From assembly GCA_951406725.2 (NCBI GenBank), contig OX597836.1:32178001-32242000 (forward strand): DNA of 64,000 nt, written 5' to 3'. How positions within the stretch are numbered: the first letter of the stretch is position 1; each line of letters starts with the position of its first letter. Positions 41,828 through 56,370 of the stretch are shown here, piece after piece. The DNA comes from Octopus vulgaris (taxonomy: Eukaryota). The notes below the pieces were generated by a model. The model was not told where the DNA came from. It searched no databases and was given only the letters and a program-made list of their open reading frames with translations. Both the position numbers and the translations under genes were made by a program.

Positions 41828-42414
41828 GTCACATTGTATTGATAATAAATATACCAAGTTGATAGGAAGTTATTTGAGAGTGATTTAGCAGCTATTTTAT
41901 CTTCATTCATGATTATGTCGAGACGTTGTTATTCATTTACAGTTCTGCTACCGATCTGCAAGTGAGCCGAATGGGACATTTGATAGAGATGTATGCGTCC
42001 CAGATTCGGACATAAGTATAGAAGACACCTAATTGATTCATTGATTAGAAATCTCTAGAGTAGATACTGCTACTACTACTACTACTACTGCTACTACTAC
42101 TACTACTACTACTACTAACACCACCACCACCACCACCACTACCACTGCCACCACCACATCTACTACTACTGCTGCTACTTCTACTACTACCACCCACACC
42201 CCCACCACTACCACCGCCGCCAATGCCACCACCAACGCCACCACCACCACCACTACTACTACTAACATGACCACCACTAGCACCACCACCATCGCTACTG
42301 CTGCTGCTACTATTACTACTACTACAACGACAATGACACCCCCACCACAACTACTACCACAACAATGACAATGATGATAACGACGACAACCACCACCGCC
42401 ACCACCACCACCAA

Positions 42415-42458
<44 letters not shown>

Positions 42459-42828
42459 AGCAGTATGATATGACATCTAGTTATCTGAAATTGTTTGGTT
42501 AGTTACACTCACTCACATGCACACACACATACACACACATGTCCACACACACATACACACATAAACACAAGCATGCATGCACACGCACAAGCACACACAT
42601 ATTTTGACTTTATTCTGATATCGAAAATATTCAATTATGTTCAGCAATGCTTTTTAACAGAAATGTGTTCCCCCCAAAGGAAATTCATTCTCGTTCACTG
42701 CTTGATGTAACGGAAACCATAAGTAAAACAACAACAAAACATTTACAGATACACATTCACACATACGCACAATAGATACACACACACACATGTCTAAAAA
42801 TGATGATGATAATGATGACATATATATA

Positions 42829-42864
<36 letters not shown>

Positions 42865-42931
42865 CAAATACATCTGTATATACATATGTACATATATATA
42901 TGTGTATGTATGTGTATGTGTGTGTATGTAT

Positions 42932-42962
<31 letters not shown>

Positions 42963-43033
42963 AGTGTGTGTATATTTGTGTGTGTGAATATATATATGTA
43001 GCATGGAAGGCAGATGTTAAATGATGATGATGA

Positions 43034-43077
<44 letters not shown>

Positions 43078-43227
43078 ACATATATAATATATATATACTG
43101 TATATATATATATATATATACTGTATATAATATATATATACTGTATATATATATAAATATGTACAAATGTATATATAGATATATTTGTGTATATTATATA
43201 CACACGCACACACACACACACACACAT

Positions 43228-43280
<53 letters not shown>

Positions 43281-43623
43281 TATATATACACACACACACA
43301 TGTGAATTTGCACAATTCATACAAAGACAAGCCAAAAGAAATCACTCAGACTGACCAGTGACATATATACCAAACAACATAGAAAAATACATGTATATCA
43401 AATGCCATACAACATAAATTCTTGACTGATTAGAACCATCTGTGCTTCTAGAGGACGTGTCACATTTACCAAACAGCAACTGGGACCAGTTCCATATGAA
43501 AGGGATCAATAATCACAAGAACCAAGAATTCTGCAAAACTGATAGGACATCAAGGAGAAGGACAGGCTTATAATTGTATTCAGTTTGAAACAAATCAGTT
43601 AAACTTCAATATTATGTGCATTT

Positions 43624-44040
43624 AAGGCAGCAAGCGGGCAGAATTGTTAGCACGCCAGGCAAAATGTTAAGTGGTATTTTGCCTGCCGTTATGTTGTGAG
43701 TTCAAATTCCGCCAAGGTCCATTTTGCCTTTCATCCTTTCGGGGTCGATTAAATAAGTACCAGTTACGCACTGGGGTCGATATAATCGACTTAATCCGTT
43801 TGTCTGTCCTTGTTTGTCCTCTCTGGGTTTAGCCCCTTGTGGGTAGTAAAGAAATAGATATTTCGCCTGGCATTACGTTCTGAGTTCAAATTCCATGGAG
43901 GTTGACTTTGCCTTTCATCCTTTTGGGGTCAATTAAATATGTACCAGTTTTGCTCTGGGGTCGATGTAATCGATTTAATCCCTTTGTTTGTCTTTGTTTG
44001 TCCCCTCTATGTTTAGCCCCTGGTGGGCAATAAAGAAATA
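43624..44040 (+). mobile_element. Dimeric SINE family A
   Basis: Full unit 43624-43856 plus headless unit 43858-44040, flanked by a near-TSD (tattatgtgcattt / tatcatgtgtattt). Confidence 0.85.
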
Positions 44041-44113
44041 TTATCATGTGTATTTGCTTATATTTCCTAATACTTTGAACAGTTCTGTAATATAAATTAC
44101 TTAAAATCTGAAG

Positions 44114-45230
44114 TTAAATGTAGTCATAAGTTACCTCCTTGGTTCCAGCTGACAAAATGGAAAAGGCATTGCTCTGGCGGACAGCAAGAGATATGCACTG
44201 AAACAACCACTCTGGCTCATAGGAATCACACTTGCAGACAGCTATCTCCACCCTGTGTGGTCTGAGCGATGAAACTGTTTTGCACACACTCGTGCAATGT
44301 CCTAACATTTCAAACCTATGGGCCTATGTCAAATGGTTGCAGTCATGTGTCAGACAAATTCGGTTGTCAGCTGAGTCTATCGTGAATATTGCCTTGCCAC
44401 CTTCCTTTAACCAGGCAAGCAGGCAAGGCAGTTTTCTTTGTACTGGTGGTTATGGTGAAAGAATGTGTATGGTGGACTTGATAGAAAGGTTTAGAGACAA
44501 ACACTTTCTTCTCTGGCCAACCTCTCATCAACTTTTTCAAGTATTACTTGAAAAGGAAGGTGAGAATAGGGAGGGAAGTTTTGTCTAATGAAAAGTTTAA
44601 CAACAGGTGGGTGAATGTGGCAAGGATGGCACGCATGAATGATGGAACCACCTTGAGCATGATCCTATAAAACTAAGAGAGAAAGAGCGCTTTGCTCTCA
44701 TGTTATATTATTTTCTTTTTTCTGAGGTTACTGTGGTTCTTTATAATAGGTTTTTCTTCCCATGGCTAAACCTATTCAATGTTATATTTACTCCCACTTT
44801 TGGGAACTCTAATTGTTAAAAACAACACTTTTGTTATTTCCTTGTGTACATGTCCCAAAACATTTTCGACCTCTTTTGATAATTTTCAAAAAGAAAAATT
44901 CTAAATTGTATTGTTCCCTTCTGTGTTCAACACTGCATTGCTAATAAAGAAATCTATCTCCACCTCGTTAGTGGTGAGCAGGAATATGGTCTGAGGGACC
45001 AAGAATACCAGAGGTCTCCACTGCCACAGGCTTGACCATAAACCTTGACCATAGACAGCTTGCTTTTCTCAGTTTGATTAGCATTGGAGCCTGGGCTTGT
45101 AGCTGACTGCACCAATTTGCTGCTGGAGAAGGTATCACAGCATGGGGAAGCCCAGATATAAGGGACCTGCCACCATGGAATGGGAAAATTGTCATACCGC
45201 CTAGCAGGTTTATTGTCTGGAGACCGTCTT
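44114..45230 (-). mobile_element. Decayed CRE-clade non-LTR retrotransposon endonuclease region, interrupted
   Basis: Across frames: MTIFPFHGGRSLI..CCDTFSSS..SATSPGSNANQTEKSK..PVAVETSGILGP (44956-45230), continuing as IAVCKCDSYEPEWLFQCISLAVRQSNAFSIL (44114-44252). Confidence 0.7.
44253..44953 (+). mobile_element. Tx1/L1-like LINE 3' fragment with 11-bp TSD
   Basis: Zinc-knuckle CGLSDETVLHTLVQC; C-terminus LKRKVRIGREVLS...RWVNVARMA; ends aataaagaaat. TSD ctatctccacc at 44242-44252 and 44954-44964. Confidence 0.78.
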
Positions 45231-45553
45231 CTTATGGTACATACAGCAACAGAAGTCATTACATTTTCTTTTAACATGACTTTCATGGTTGGATGACCAT
45301 TCTGGGGAGCAATCAATTTAAAACATGGAATTAGTGCTTTTTTAATTTTATCACTGGCATTGTTTTATCATTGGCTGTTCATAGTGATAGTAAAGAGTGT
45401 ACTGTTAATCAGTTTTTATCTGAGGTTTCTGCCATCACTGAGAGGTGACTTAGAGAGGTGCACACAGAGTCTGCAGTTCCTCTGTTTGTTTCTTCTTTCC
45501 TTGTTTGATTTATCGATTTATCTGTCTATCTATCTACCTATTTCCCTCTCTAT

Positions 45554-45589
<36 letters not shown>

Positions 45590-45761
45590 GTATATATATA
45601 CAGAGAGAGAGATACATACATACATACATGTATATGCAGTACACACACAAACTCACACATACGCACACATAATGACGTACACACAAACACAAGCTCTTTG
45701 TTATGTAAGTGACATTGCCAGACAATATAAAAATAGAAGCAGTTACATATATTCATGTATG

Positions 45762-45805
<44 letters not shown>

Positions 45806-46034
45806 TGTATATATGTTTGGTGGGGTGATGGTGTTTCCGAAGCTACATCTATGAAAATAATGCATGAGAGCTATAAATGTGGTTGTTTTTATGGAATGTA
45901 TGAAGATATTAATTGCCTATTCACTTTTGATAAGCACTGAAAATAGAGTATCTTTGCGATTGAAGTGACTTCACAAACCAAAGGAAATGATTTATCACCT
46001 TCTATGCTGTCTCCTTTCATTGTTATTATTATTA

Positions 46035-46402
46035 ATTCCATTTGGAAAAGGAAAGTGAAGGTGAAGAGGGAGATACTTTCTCACAGAGAATTTTTCAAAA
46101 AGGTGCATGCTGTGGCAAAAATGGCTACAATAGATGGCTCTACTCCAGCATGAAATGAGCCTGAAGATCAGAAAACAACAGTTGGGTGAGGGCTTGTGCT
46201 TTTGCTAGTCAGTGTAATCTAGGATCTGTAGATATCCCTTGGAGATTCTCCTGTGTCAGAGGGACTTTATCATTCATGTGTTCACATACTTTGTATAGTA
46301 TGTGCATATATGTCTCATTTCATTGTCTTTTCCCTTTTACATAAAATGCTACACAAATTGTGATTTCCTCTTCAGCTGTGCCCCTGTGGCAAATAAAAGA
46401 AC
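46035..46402 (+). mobile_element. Second, diverged Tx1/L1-like 3' fragment
   Basis: KRKVKVKREILSHREFFKKVHAVAKMA aligns with the 44540-44665 translation; ends gcccctgtggcaaataaaagaa. Confidence 0.6.
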
Positions 46403-47230
<828 letters not shown>

Positions 47231-47279
47231 CATCATTATTATTATTATTATCATCATTATTACTATTATTATTATTGTT

Positions 47280-47560
47280 TAGTCTTACTGCTGGTAGGAT
47301 TTATGTTGGTTGCAGGTAGTAACCTGCAACCTAAGGCATCCACAAGTTTTTAGATGTCTTTCCATTGCTTAGAACCCTCCTGATAATCCTTGTTGTCCCT
47401 GAGAGACAAACTTTCTCTAGGAGCTCTGCTGGGTATTCTATTTCAATCTCCTTCAACCATTTGTCTATATTTTTGCATACTGTTCTCAATGCACCAATTA
47501 TTATAGTCATAACCTTTACTGTTTCCTTGCTCCAAATTCTTCCTATTTCAAATTTTAAAG
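47280..47560 (-). mobile_element. R4/Dong-clade LINE 3' fragment
   Basis: LKFEIGRIW..VKVMTIIIGALRTV..LLEKVCLSGTTRIIRRVL; hairpin ggttgcaggt-agta-acctgcaacc at 47308-47331; (TAA)n tail. Confidence 0.85.
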
Positions 47561-47669
47561 GATTGTGTGTATTGAGTGAGAGAGCAGCAAAAAGCACCAA
47601 AGTGATGCTTGAGTACAAATATATGAAACCCAATACACCCGGCACATGCATCACAACCATATGTGAGCA

Positions 47670-48260
47670 ACATCATCATCATCATCGTTTAACGTCCGTT
47701 TTCCATGCTAGCATGGGTTGAATGGTTTGACCGGGGTCTGGGAAGCCAGGAGGCTGCACCAGGCTCCAGTCTGATCTGGCAGTATTTCTACAGCTGGATG
47801 CTCTTCCTAATGCCAACAACTCCGTGAGTGTAGTGGGTGTTTTTTACGTGCCAGGGGAGGCTGGCAGCGGCCACGATCGGTTGGTGCTTTTTGCGTGCTA
47901 CTGGCACAGGAGCCAGTCAAGGTGGTGCTGGCATTGGCCATGTTCAGATGGTACTTTTTATGTGCCACCGGCACGGATATCACAACTACAATTTCCATTT
48001 GATTTTTATTTTGATGTTGATGTACTTGACTGAATAGGTCTCCTCTAGCACAGCATGTCACCTTACGATCCAAGGTAAGCACAGCAGGCCATCCTGTGAA
48101 CCAAAGTACTTTGGATGCTATGTAAAACTGGTGCAGGAAACAGCCATGAACTCATGTTATTTGTCGGGTCTTTGCAGTCACAGCATATCTCCAGAGGTCT
48201 TGGTCTTTCGTCACTGCCTCTGTGAGGCCCAACGTTCGTAGGTCATGCTTGACCACCTCA
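47670..48260 (-). mobile_element. RTE 3' fragment nested in a family D copy
   Basis: EVVKHDLRTLGLTEAVTKDQDLWRYAV. Family D sequence lies at 47571-47668 and resumes at 48260-48298. Confidence 0.82.
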
Positions 48261-48355
48261 TGGTGATTCATATCAAGATAAACAGTGCATGATCTTGACA
48301 TATTTCAACAAAAATGTGATTTCAAATATGACATTCTTCAGCAAAAGATAAAAGG

Positions 48356-48645
48356 TTAAAGAAAGTTCCCCCCTGAGGCACAAGTCTGGGTAAGGTTGTT
48401 TATGGAAAACCAGCAGTTGCCCATCCATACCAGCCTCTCCTCTCCACACCACCAATGTTATCCAAGGGAAAGGCAAAGGTTGATACAGCTTGGCACCAGT
48501 GATGTCACAACTCCTTTCTACAGCTAAATGAACTGGAGCAATGTGAAATAAAGTGTCTTACTAAAGAACACAGCATACAGCCCACTCTGGGAATTGAACT
48601 CTCTATCTTATGTCTGCGAGCCTGTTGTTTTAACTACTGAGCCAT
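48356..48645 (-). mobile_element. CORE-type SINE family E
   Basis: tRNA-like head and CORE-like block on the minus strand; 3' part shared with 55765-56248. Confidence 0.75.
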
Positions 48646-49608
48646 ATGTGGTATATAAAACTGCTTTCGCCAGTTAAGGGTTATGGAATTTTGAGTGGAT
48701 ATATCTGCATATACAGGATGGGCTTCATTCAGTTTCTATCTACCAAATCCATTCACAAGGCTTTGGTCGACACTTATCCAAGGTGCTCTACAGTAGGACC
48801 GGACCCTAAACTACGGAATAAGAAAGATCTTATAAAACATAAAAATGTCACAAATTAGAAATTTTGGAAGGATCTTGGTTCCAAATATTTGCTATTGGGA
48901 CAAGAAATCTTAGAAAAAAAAAGCTGAAAGTTACAATGAAATTTTTAAATGAAAAATCGAAAAGTGCAAATTCGAAGGAACCAAACTTTTTAACAACAGA
49001 ACAATGCCTGATTGTTAATATTCATGGTTTTATTTATCACAGCAAATATTGAATCAAGATGGGATATCTCACAATGGTAAACATATTCTTTTCTACTCTA
49101 GGGTCAAGGCCCAAAATTTTTGGGGAGCGGGCTAGTCGATTAGATTGACCCCAGTACACAACTGGTACTTGATTTATTGACCTCAAAAGGCTGAAAGGCA
49201 AAGTCGACCTCAACAGTATTTGAACTCAGAATGTAAAGACAGACGAAACAATGGTAGACATATTGAAATAACCTATCTTTCTGATTCTAAGTAATGGACA
49301 AATTATTTGAGAAGCAAATGGGGTCCTTGCGTTCATAGAATTATGTGACTGAAATAGCTGAAGAAAAAACATCTTTTGTAATACCGTATTTTCTGACATG
49401 CAAGTAAAATTTTTCAAACCAAAACTTTCAGTCCAAAAATGAATAGGTAGACTTAGAACCAAAAAAAAATTCCATGTGGAATGAAGCAGAATTTGGAAAG
49501 ATAGTGATGATGCTTGAATGTTTACATTACATGTTTACACTATTTACTACATCAACTATATGCCAGAAAAATGGTATATATATATATATATATATGCATG
49601 TATGTATA

Positions 49609-49665
<57 letters not shown>

Positions 49666-49768
49666 ATGTATGAATGTATGTGTATATATTTATATATATA
49701 TAAATATATATATATATATTGTTATATTTCGGAATGGTCATTTTGCCAGTTTAGCCAATAAATCTTGC

Positions 49769-49849
<81 letters not shown>

Positions 49850-50784
49850 GTAATCGATATCATCACCAAATGATTGATACATGCTCCCAATCTTGTCAGC
49901 GAGCCTACTACATTTTTTTCTGTTTTCAAAATGGTACTGTATAATATCCATTATCAAATTCTTCTGACTTCTGCATCACTTCTAGAACCATTTCAATGCC
50001 AGTGCCTACTTATTTTACTTGTCTGTAGAATATTTTTATAACTTAGGAGAGAATGCCATTAACCATTGATTTCTCTGTCGTCAAAGACTTGCTTTTTTTG
50101 TTTTCATTTCCAAAAATGGTATTTATATATTATGCAGACTTTCTAGAATCATAAGTTAAATCCCAGACTGCTGAAGCAGATGTTTTGCCTGTTTATTGTG
50201 AAGTGTCATTAGCAAATACTACTTCTAATTGTTAGCATTGATGATGGTGGCGATGATGACGGTGGTGGTGTTGTTGCTGATGTGGATGTAAGAAAGAAGA
50301 GAAATAACATGGTAATGTAACTCTAGGCAACGAATTAGGAGAGGCATTTGATAGAATAATGTCTCGCAGTATTGGTTCCTATCCTCTGCGCTGTGATTTC
50401 AAATCCCGCAGGAGTCAATTTTGCTTCTCATGCTTTTGGAGTTGATACACACAGTACAAGTCTAGGGTGGTGGGTTGGTTGAATTATTTGAGCACCATCA
50501 GGAAAGTTGTCTTGTAGAATCTGCTTTAGGGCTTTTCTAAATTCTGGCTCTTGAGTTTGTCTTGAATTAATTGTGATCCCTGGAAGTTCTGTGAACTCGA
50601 GTATATTGGAAAATTATGTCCACAACCTGGACCAAAAGCTCTCTGGAACAATTCAGCCTAATAGGGATATTTAGAAAACCCATGCTGCCCTTTTTTTGTG
50701 TAGAAAATAGATGTAAATAATAAGTTATTGTATTTTAGCCTAAACACCAGTTTATACCTGCAAATATAAAGTGAAGGACACACA

Positions 50785-51423
50785 TACACACATGCATCAC
50801 AACCATATGTGTGTGACATGGCGATCACATATCAAGATAAACAATGCATGACTTTGAAGGTGGAGCCCAATTACAATTCTCTTCGGGTCGAGTAGCCCAT
50901 CCCCCTCAAAAGGTCTCTGAATAAGGTTTGTTTTAAGTATGATGAACAAAACTGGGCTACAAATATACGAAGCTCAATATACTCATCATGACTAACCATC
51001 TGATAAGGGTACACCAGGAACATGCATGGTGATCTCATATCAAGACAAACAACACATGATTTTGCAGGTGGGGTGCAGTTAGAATTTTCTTCAGGTTGAG
51101 TAGCCCATCCCACTCAAAAGGTGTCTGGAGAAGGTTTGTTTAAAGATGATGAACAAAACACTCATGTTTCCAGAGGCGAATTATTCAAACTCCAAAGATT
51201 TCCTCTCAACACATGGCTATGATGCTCCCCTGCATCATCAGCCACAAAGGGACTTGCTCAATGGGTTAAGGTCAAGCAACTGATAAGCAAATCTGTGATA
51301 CTGAGCAGAATATTTACAGTAACCCATTTTTTATACCCAGATAAAACATGTACATGATAACATTTCCAATCAATTAAGATCAAAAGCCATGAGAGCCACT
51401 GTTTAGTATTGCATCAGAGCATT
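50785..51423 (-). mobile_element. Family D retroposon, long and internally rearranged copy
   Basis: Matches 46688-47160; the 5' end abuts (TAA)n at 51423. Confidence 0.78.
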
Positions 51424-51512
51424 TATTATTATTATTATTATTATTAAGGTGGCAAGATGGCAGAACCATTAGCATGCTGAGCAAAATGCTTAGTGGCATT
51501 TTGTAATATATA

Positions 51513-51862
51513 GTAATAATGAAATTATTATATACAGTGCTCAGGTGCATGCACCACAACTTGTCAAAAGTGCATATAAAACATATGCAGTAATGTACAA
51601 ATGTCTGGAAAGTGAACAGTGTATGAGTCAGATACATGCTTGCGTGTGTATGGAGGGGAGAAAATCAGGTGTAGTGTTGGCGAATCTCAGGAAGCATGGA
51701 AGTTTTGAAGGATGCAGTGCTCCGACAGATAACAACTGATGCCGGCAGTCTGTTCCATGCTTCAGCAACTCTTAGCATGAAAAAATGTTTCTGAAAGTCA
51801 TGGGAGCTGTGCTGTTTTCTGACTTTGTAAACATGTCCACGGGTGTTAGACAGATGGAGTTT
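51513..51862 (-). mobile_element. CR1 3' fragment nested in SINE A (51445-52020)
   Basis: Homologous to 54640-54990. The SINE A head stops at 51503 and the SINE resumes at about 51860. Confidence 0.82.
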
Positions 51863-52478
51863 GTCTGTCTATGTTCTGAGTTCAAATCCTACCAAGGTTG
51901 ACTTAGCTTTACATCTTTTTGAGGGTCGATAAATTAAGTATAGTGAAATCCTGGGGCCAATGAAATTGACTAGTCTCCTCCCACAAAATTTCTGGCCTCA
52001 TACCTTTAGAAGAAAGGATTATTACCATCATCATCACCATCATTATTTACCATTCAAGAAGCTCCAGCTATTACTCACATGCATGCACTCACAACCCTAT
52101 GTTCCCAGACACACACATATACAAGAGCCTTAATGCAATGTAGTTAACGAAATGCTCTACTGATTCTGCTTAATCTGACACCTGGTGTTTGTGTCTCTCT
52201 GGATAAATTTAATATCAAACTGCCAACCATATAAATTGCTGTGAAATGAAATGAAATGAATTCAGAGAAAGGAGAAAATTCTATTGTTTCCCTTACACAC
52301 ATACACAATATCTGTCAATAAATTAAATTGAACATCTGCCAGTAGCTAAAATTGAGTTACAGCATTCTTTGGTTTCAAATCAAACATACCTGAGTGGCTG
52401 AAATGCACACGCACACACACACATGTATGTGTATATATATATATATATGCATATGCATACATATATTTATATACATGT

Positions 52479-52518
<40 letters not shown>

Positions 52519-52531
52519 ATGTATATATGTG

Positions 52532-52593
<62 letters not shown>

Positions 52594-52716
52594 TATACAT
52601 ATATACATATATATACATATATACATATATATATATGTATGTGTATACATTCAATATTAGGGATGATTATGTGTGCCTATATATACATGCATATATAGGT
52701 GTATGTAATTGTATAT

Positions 52717-52752
<36 letters not shown>

Positions 52753-52777
52753 AAGATAAACAGATAGATATATATAC

Positions 52778-52840
<63 letters not shown>

Positions 52841-53182
52841 TATGTGTGTGTGTGTCTTTGTGCAAATTTTTGACCAGTTACCAATTTCTATGTAATTAAG
52901 ATCATGAAACCACTAAACCATAGGACATTGTAGTTTGTGGAATAAATCTATCTCCATTTCAAACAATTATATTTAATAATGATTTCAAGCATTATTCATT
53001 CATTGATATTTTTTTTCCCCTTTTTTATTTTTGATATTATTTTATGTCATTGTTTTGAGAGGAGGATACAACCTTGTCACATGATGCCGGTGTCATAGGT
53101 ATTCTTATTTGTAAGCATACAAATATTTACATACACGTAGAGATGTGTCTATATTCATATATTTACATTTATACATACATAC

Positions 53183-53605
53183 TCTCTTTACTCTTTTACC
53201 TCTCTTACTTTTTTCAGTCATTTGACTGTGGCCATGCTGGAGCACTGCCTTTAGTCGAACAGATCAACACCAGGACTTATTCTTTGTAAGCCTAGTACTT
53301 GTCTCTTTTGCTGAACCGCTAAGTTACGGGGACGTAAACACATCAGCATCAGTTGTCAAGCGATGGTGGGGGGACAAACACAGACACACAAACATATACA
53401 CACACATACATACATATATATACATATATATATATATATATGATGGGCTTCTTTCAGTTTCCATCTGCCAAATCCACTCACATGGCTTTGTGCGGCCCGA
53501 GGCTATAGTAGATGACACTTGCCCAAGGTGCCATGCAGTAGGACTGAACCCAGAATCATGTGGTTGTTAACCAAGCTACTTACCACACAGCCACTCCTGC
53601 TCCTA
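53183..53605 (-). mobile_element. SINE family B
   Basis: Reverse complement of 34535-34950. Confidence 0.9.
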
Positions 53606-53918
53606 TAAATGGAAATACATATAGAAATACATTTACGTATATGTGCATTTGTGTAATTATATACATATGTGTGGTGTTTGTATGAATGTTTGTTTGTGTG
53701 TGTTCATGATTTCTGTAGGCCACTGGTATATATTTTTTATTTATTTTGCTTCCTTTGCTAACTTACCATTCCTGATGATGTAAAATAAAGCTGAAATGAA
53801 TGTTTGAAATATTCAAATAATAATAAAATTAGAATTAAGCTCTGCACTCCCCTAATCTTTGAGCATTTACTTGAACAGGCTATTTTGTGTTGTTGACAGC
53901 AGGTACCCAATTTACATA

Positions 53919-54129
53919 CAGGGTGTCCCAGAAGTCGCACACCACCCTGGTTTTTTTAAAAGAATACACCCTTATTGATTTCAAAAACATTTTATTGAAA
54001 TTAATCGTAAAAAATGCTCAAATTGAGCACCCTCTACAATAAAACATGCAGAAAAAAATATAATAAAATAAAATGCTTTAATTATTTTAAATGAAAACCA
54101 GAATGGTGCATGACTTCTGGGACACCCTG
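53919..54129. mobile_element. Tc1/mariner MITE, 211 bp
   Basis: TA flanks; TIR CAGGGTGTCCCAGAAGTC is perfect for 18 bp and imperfect to about 36 bp. Confidence 0.9.
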
Positions 54130-54180
54130 TATAAAGAATATATATAGATAAATGTGTATATATGTATGAACTTTAGGTTA

Positions 54181-54620
54181 CTGTTTATACTCACGGACAA
54201 GTTGCACTTTTTTACCAAAAATTTTAACATAAATTAGGGGTGCAACCTACCTGCTCAACATAACAGGGATCTGAGGTAGACATTTTTCTTGTCAAGTTCA
54301 TACTATCATTTTTTTTTTTGTCAATTTGATTTATCAATTAGACTACTTTCCTAAAATCACTTCAACAAAAATGTTTTAATATTTGTAAGCAAAGTTTTGA
54401 AATAAAGGTAAATATTTGAAAATATTTAACAAATATTAGTTATATTTATGTTTAGAAGGGCTGTGTAATTCCCCAGATTATAGTGCGATCTATCTGCAAG
54501 TCAACTGCAAATACCTATTTTGACAACCCTAAACTAAGGGTGCAGGTGCCACCTATCCACTGGCGTGACATATCCACTGGTGCCACCTAATCACTGGTGT
54601 AACCTATCCATGAGTATATA
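54181..54620. mobile_element. Tc2/pogo-like non-autonomous DNA transposon
   Basis: TA then ctgtttatactcacggacaagttgcac; right end gtgtaacctatccatgagtatata (18/23 inverted match); internal 17-bp repeats. Confidence 0.6.
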
Positions 54621-54625
54621 AAAAA

Positions 54626-55645
54626 ATAATAATAATAATAATAAAACTATTGTGTATAGTACTCAACTGTACTACAACTCATCAAAGTTGTATGTACAGT
54701 AAACAGAATTATGTGCAAAAGTCAGGAAAGAGAACAGTGTTTGAGTCATGTTATACATGTGTGCATGTGTATGAAGGGGGTAGGGATATCAGGTGTAGTG
54801 TTGGTGAATTTCAGGAAGCATGGATATTTTAAAGGATGCAATGTCTCAGTGATTAACAACTGATGCAAGTAGTTTGTTCCATGCTTCAGCAATTCTGAGT
54901 GTGAAAAAAATGTTTCTGAAAGTCATGGGAGCTGTGCTGTTTTCTGACTTTGTAGGCATGCCCACATGTGTTAGACACATGGAATTCAAAAAGGTGCTCA
55001 AGATGGTTGTTCGCATGATGGTTAATAATTTTGCAAGTGTTTAACCAAGTCAGTTGTCATACGTTAGAGCTTCAATATATCTATGCCTAGGGAAGCAAGG
55101 TGTTCAGAGTATGGTAGATGCCTGATGGAGGGTATTCGCTTGGTTTCACACCTCTGAACAGTTTCCAGAAGGTCAATGTTGTTCTGAGCAAGACAGGGGT
55201 TATAGACTGGTGATGCAAATTCCAAGTGTGGCCGCACCATAGCCATATGCAGCCTTAAATAGATAGCCGGAGAGTGGCTGACAAAGGTCTTGCTGAGTGA
55301 TGCCAAGACACCCTTGGCCTCCTTGACAATTTTTGAGATGTGCTTTGTCCAGCACAAATCACTGCTGACAGTAATGCCCAGGTCACATTCACAAGAAGAC
55401 TTCTTGATATTAGTGTTGTGGAGAGAGTATGTGGACGTTGGGTTTTTCCTCCCAAAATGCATGACGGTACACTTGTTCACAGCCAGCTTCAGTTGCCAGT
55501 CCTGTGATCCATTGTTGCACTGTGTCCAGGTCCAATTGCAGGAAAGATCTATAGTGTTCAGGATCTGTCCTTTTTATCTCAAGGTACAGCTTGATGTCAT
55601 CTGCATGTTTCAACACTGTGGCATTCTTTAAGTTGGCATCTGTAC
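54626..55645 (-). mobile_element. 5'-truncated CR1-clade LINE
   Basis: HADDIKLY, LQLDLD, KCTVMHFG, DLGITVSSDL, VRPHLEFASPVYNP and LLETVQR are CR1 RT and thumb motifs; (ATT)n tail. Confidence 0.92.
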
Positions 55646-55872
55646 AGTAGTTGTGTGACATATTTTAACTACCGAAGGTAAATTCACTGCAGTTGCTGTG
55701 GAGAAAAATTCTCTCTTATGCTAAGGGAAAAGACCCCATTTTGCCATGAATAATCATAGGATTGCACTTAGAAAGTTCTCCTCTGAGGTACAAGTCTGGG
55801 CAAATTTGCTTTAAGGAAGACCGACAGTCACCCATACATACCAGCCCCACCCCGCCCCATCTCCACGCCACC

Positions 55873-56188
55873 AATGTTTTAATATTTGTAAGCAAAGTTT
55901 TGAAATAAAGGTGAATATTTGAGAATATTTAACAAATATTAGTTATATCTACATTAAAAAGGGCTCTGTAATCACCCAGATTATAGTGTGACATATCTGC
56001 AAGTCAACTGCAAATACCTATTTTGACAACCTTAAACTAAGGGTGCAACCTACCCACTGGTGCCACCTATCCACTGGTGTGACATATCCACTGGTGCAAC
56101 CTATTCACTGGTGTAACCTATCCATGAGTATATAAAAAATATTAATAATAATTAAATTATTGTGTATAGTACTCAGCTGCACTACAAC
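55873..56188 (+). repeat. Local ~310-bp duplication of 54370-54678 inserted into SINE E
   Basis: Colinear copy that interrupts accaatgtt|atcc|aagggaaagg (intact at 48451-48473). Confidence 0.88.
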
Positions 56189-56319
56189 AAGGGAAAGGCA
56201 AAGGGGCCGATACAGCTTGGCCCCAGTGATGTCACTCGTCATTTCTGAACCTGAGTCCATGTAATTCTGTTTAGCAAAGATAATTTGTATTTTAAGAAAA
56301 ATCCATTTCCACAGATACG

Positions 56320-56370
<51 letters not shown>

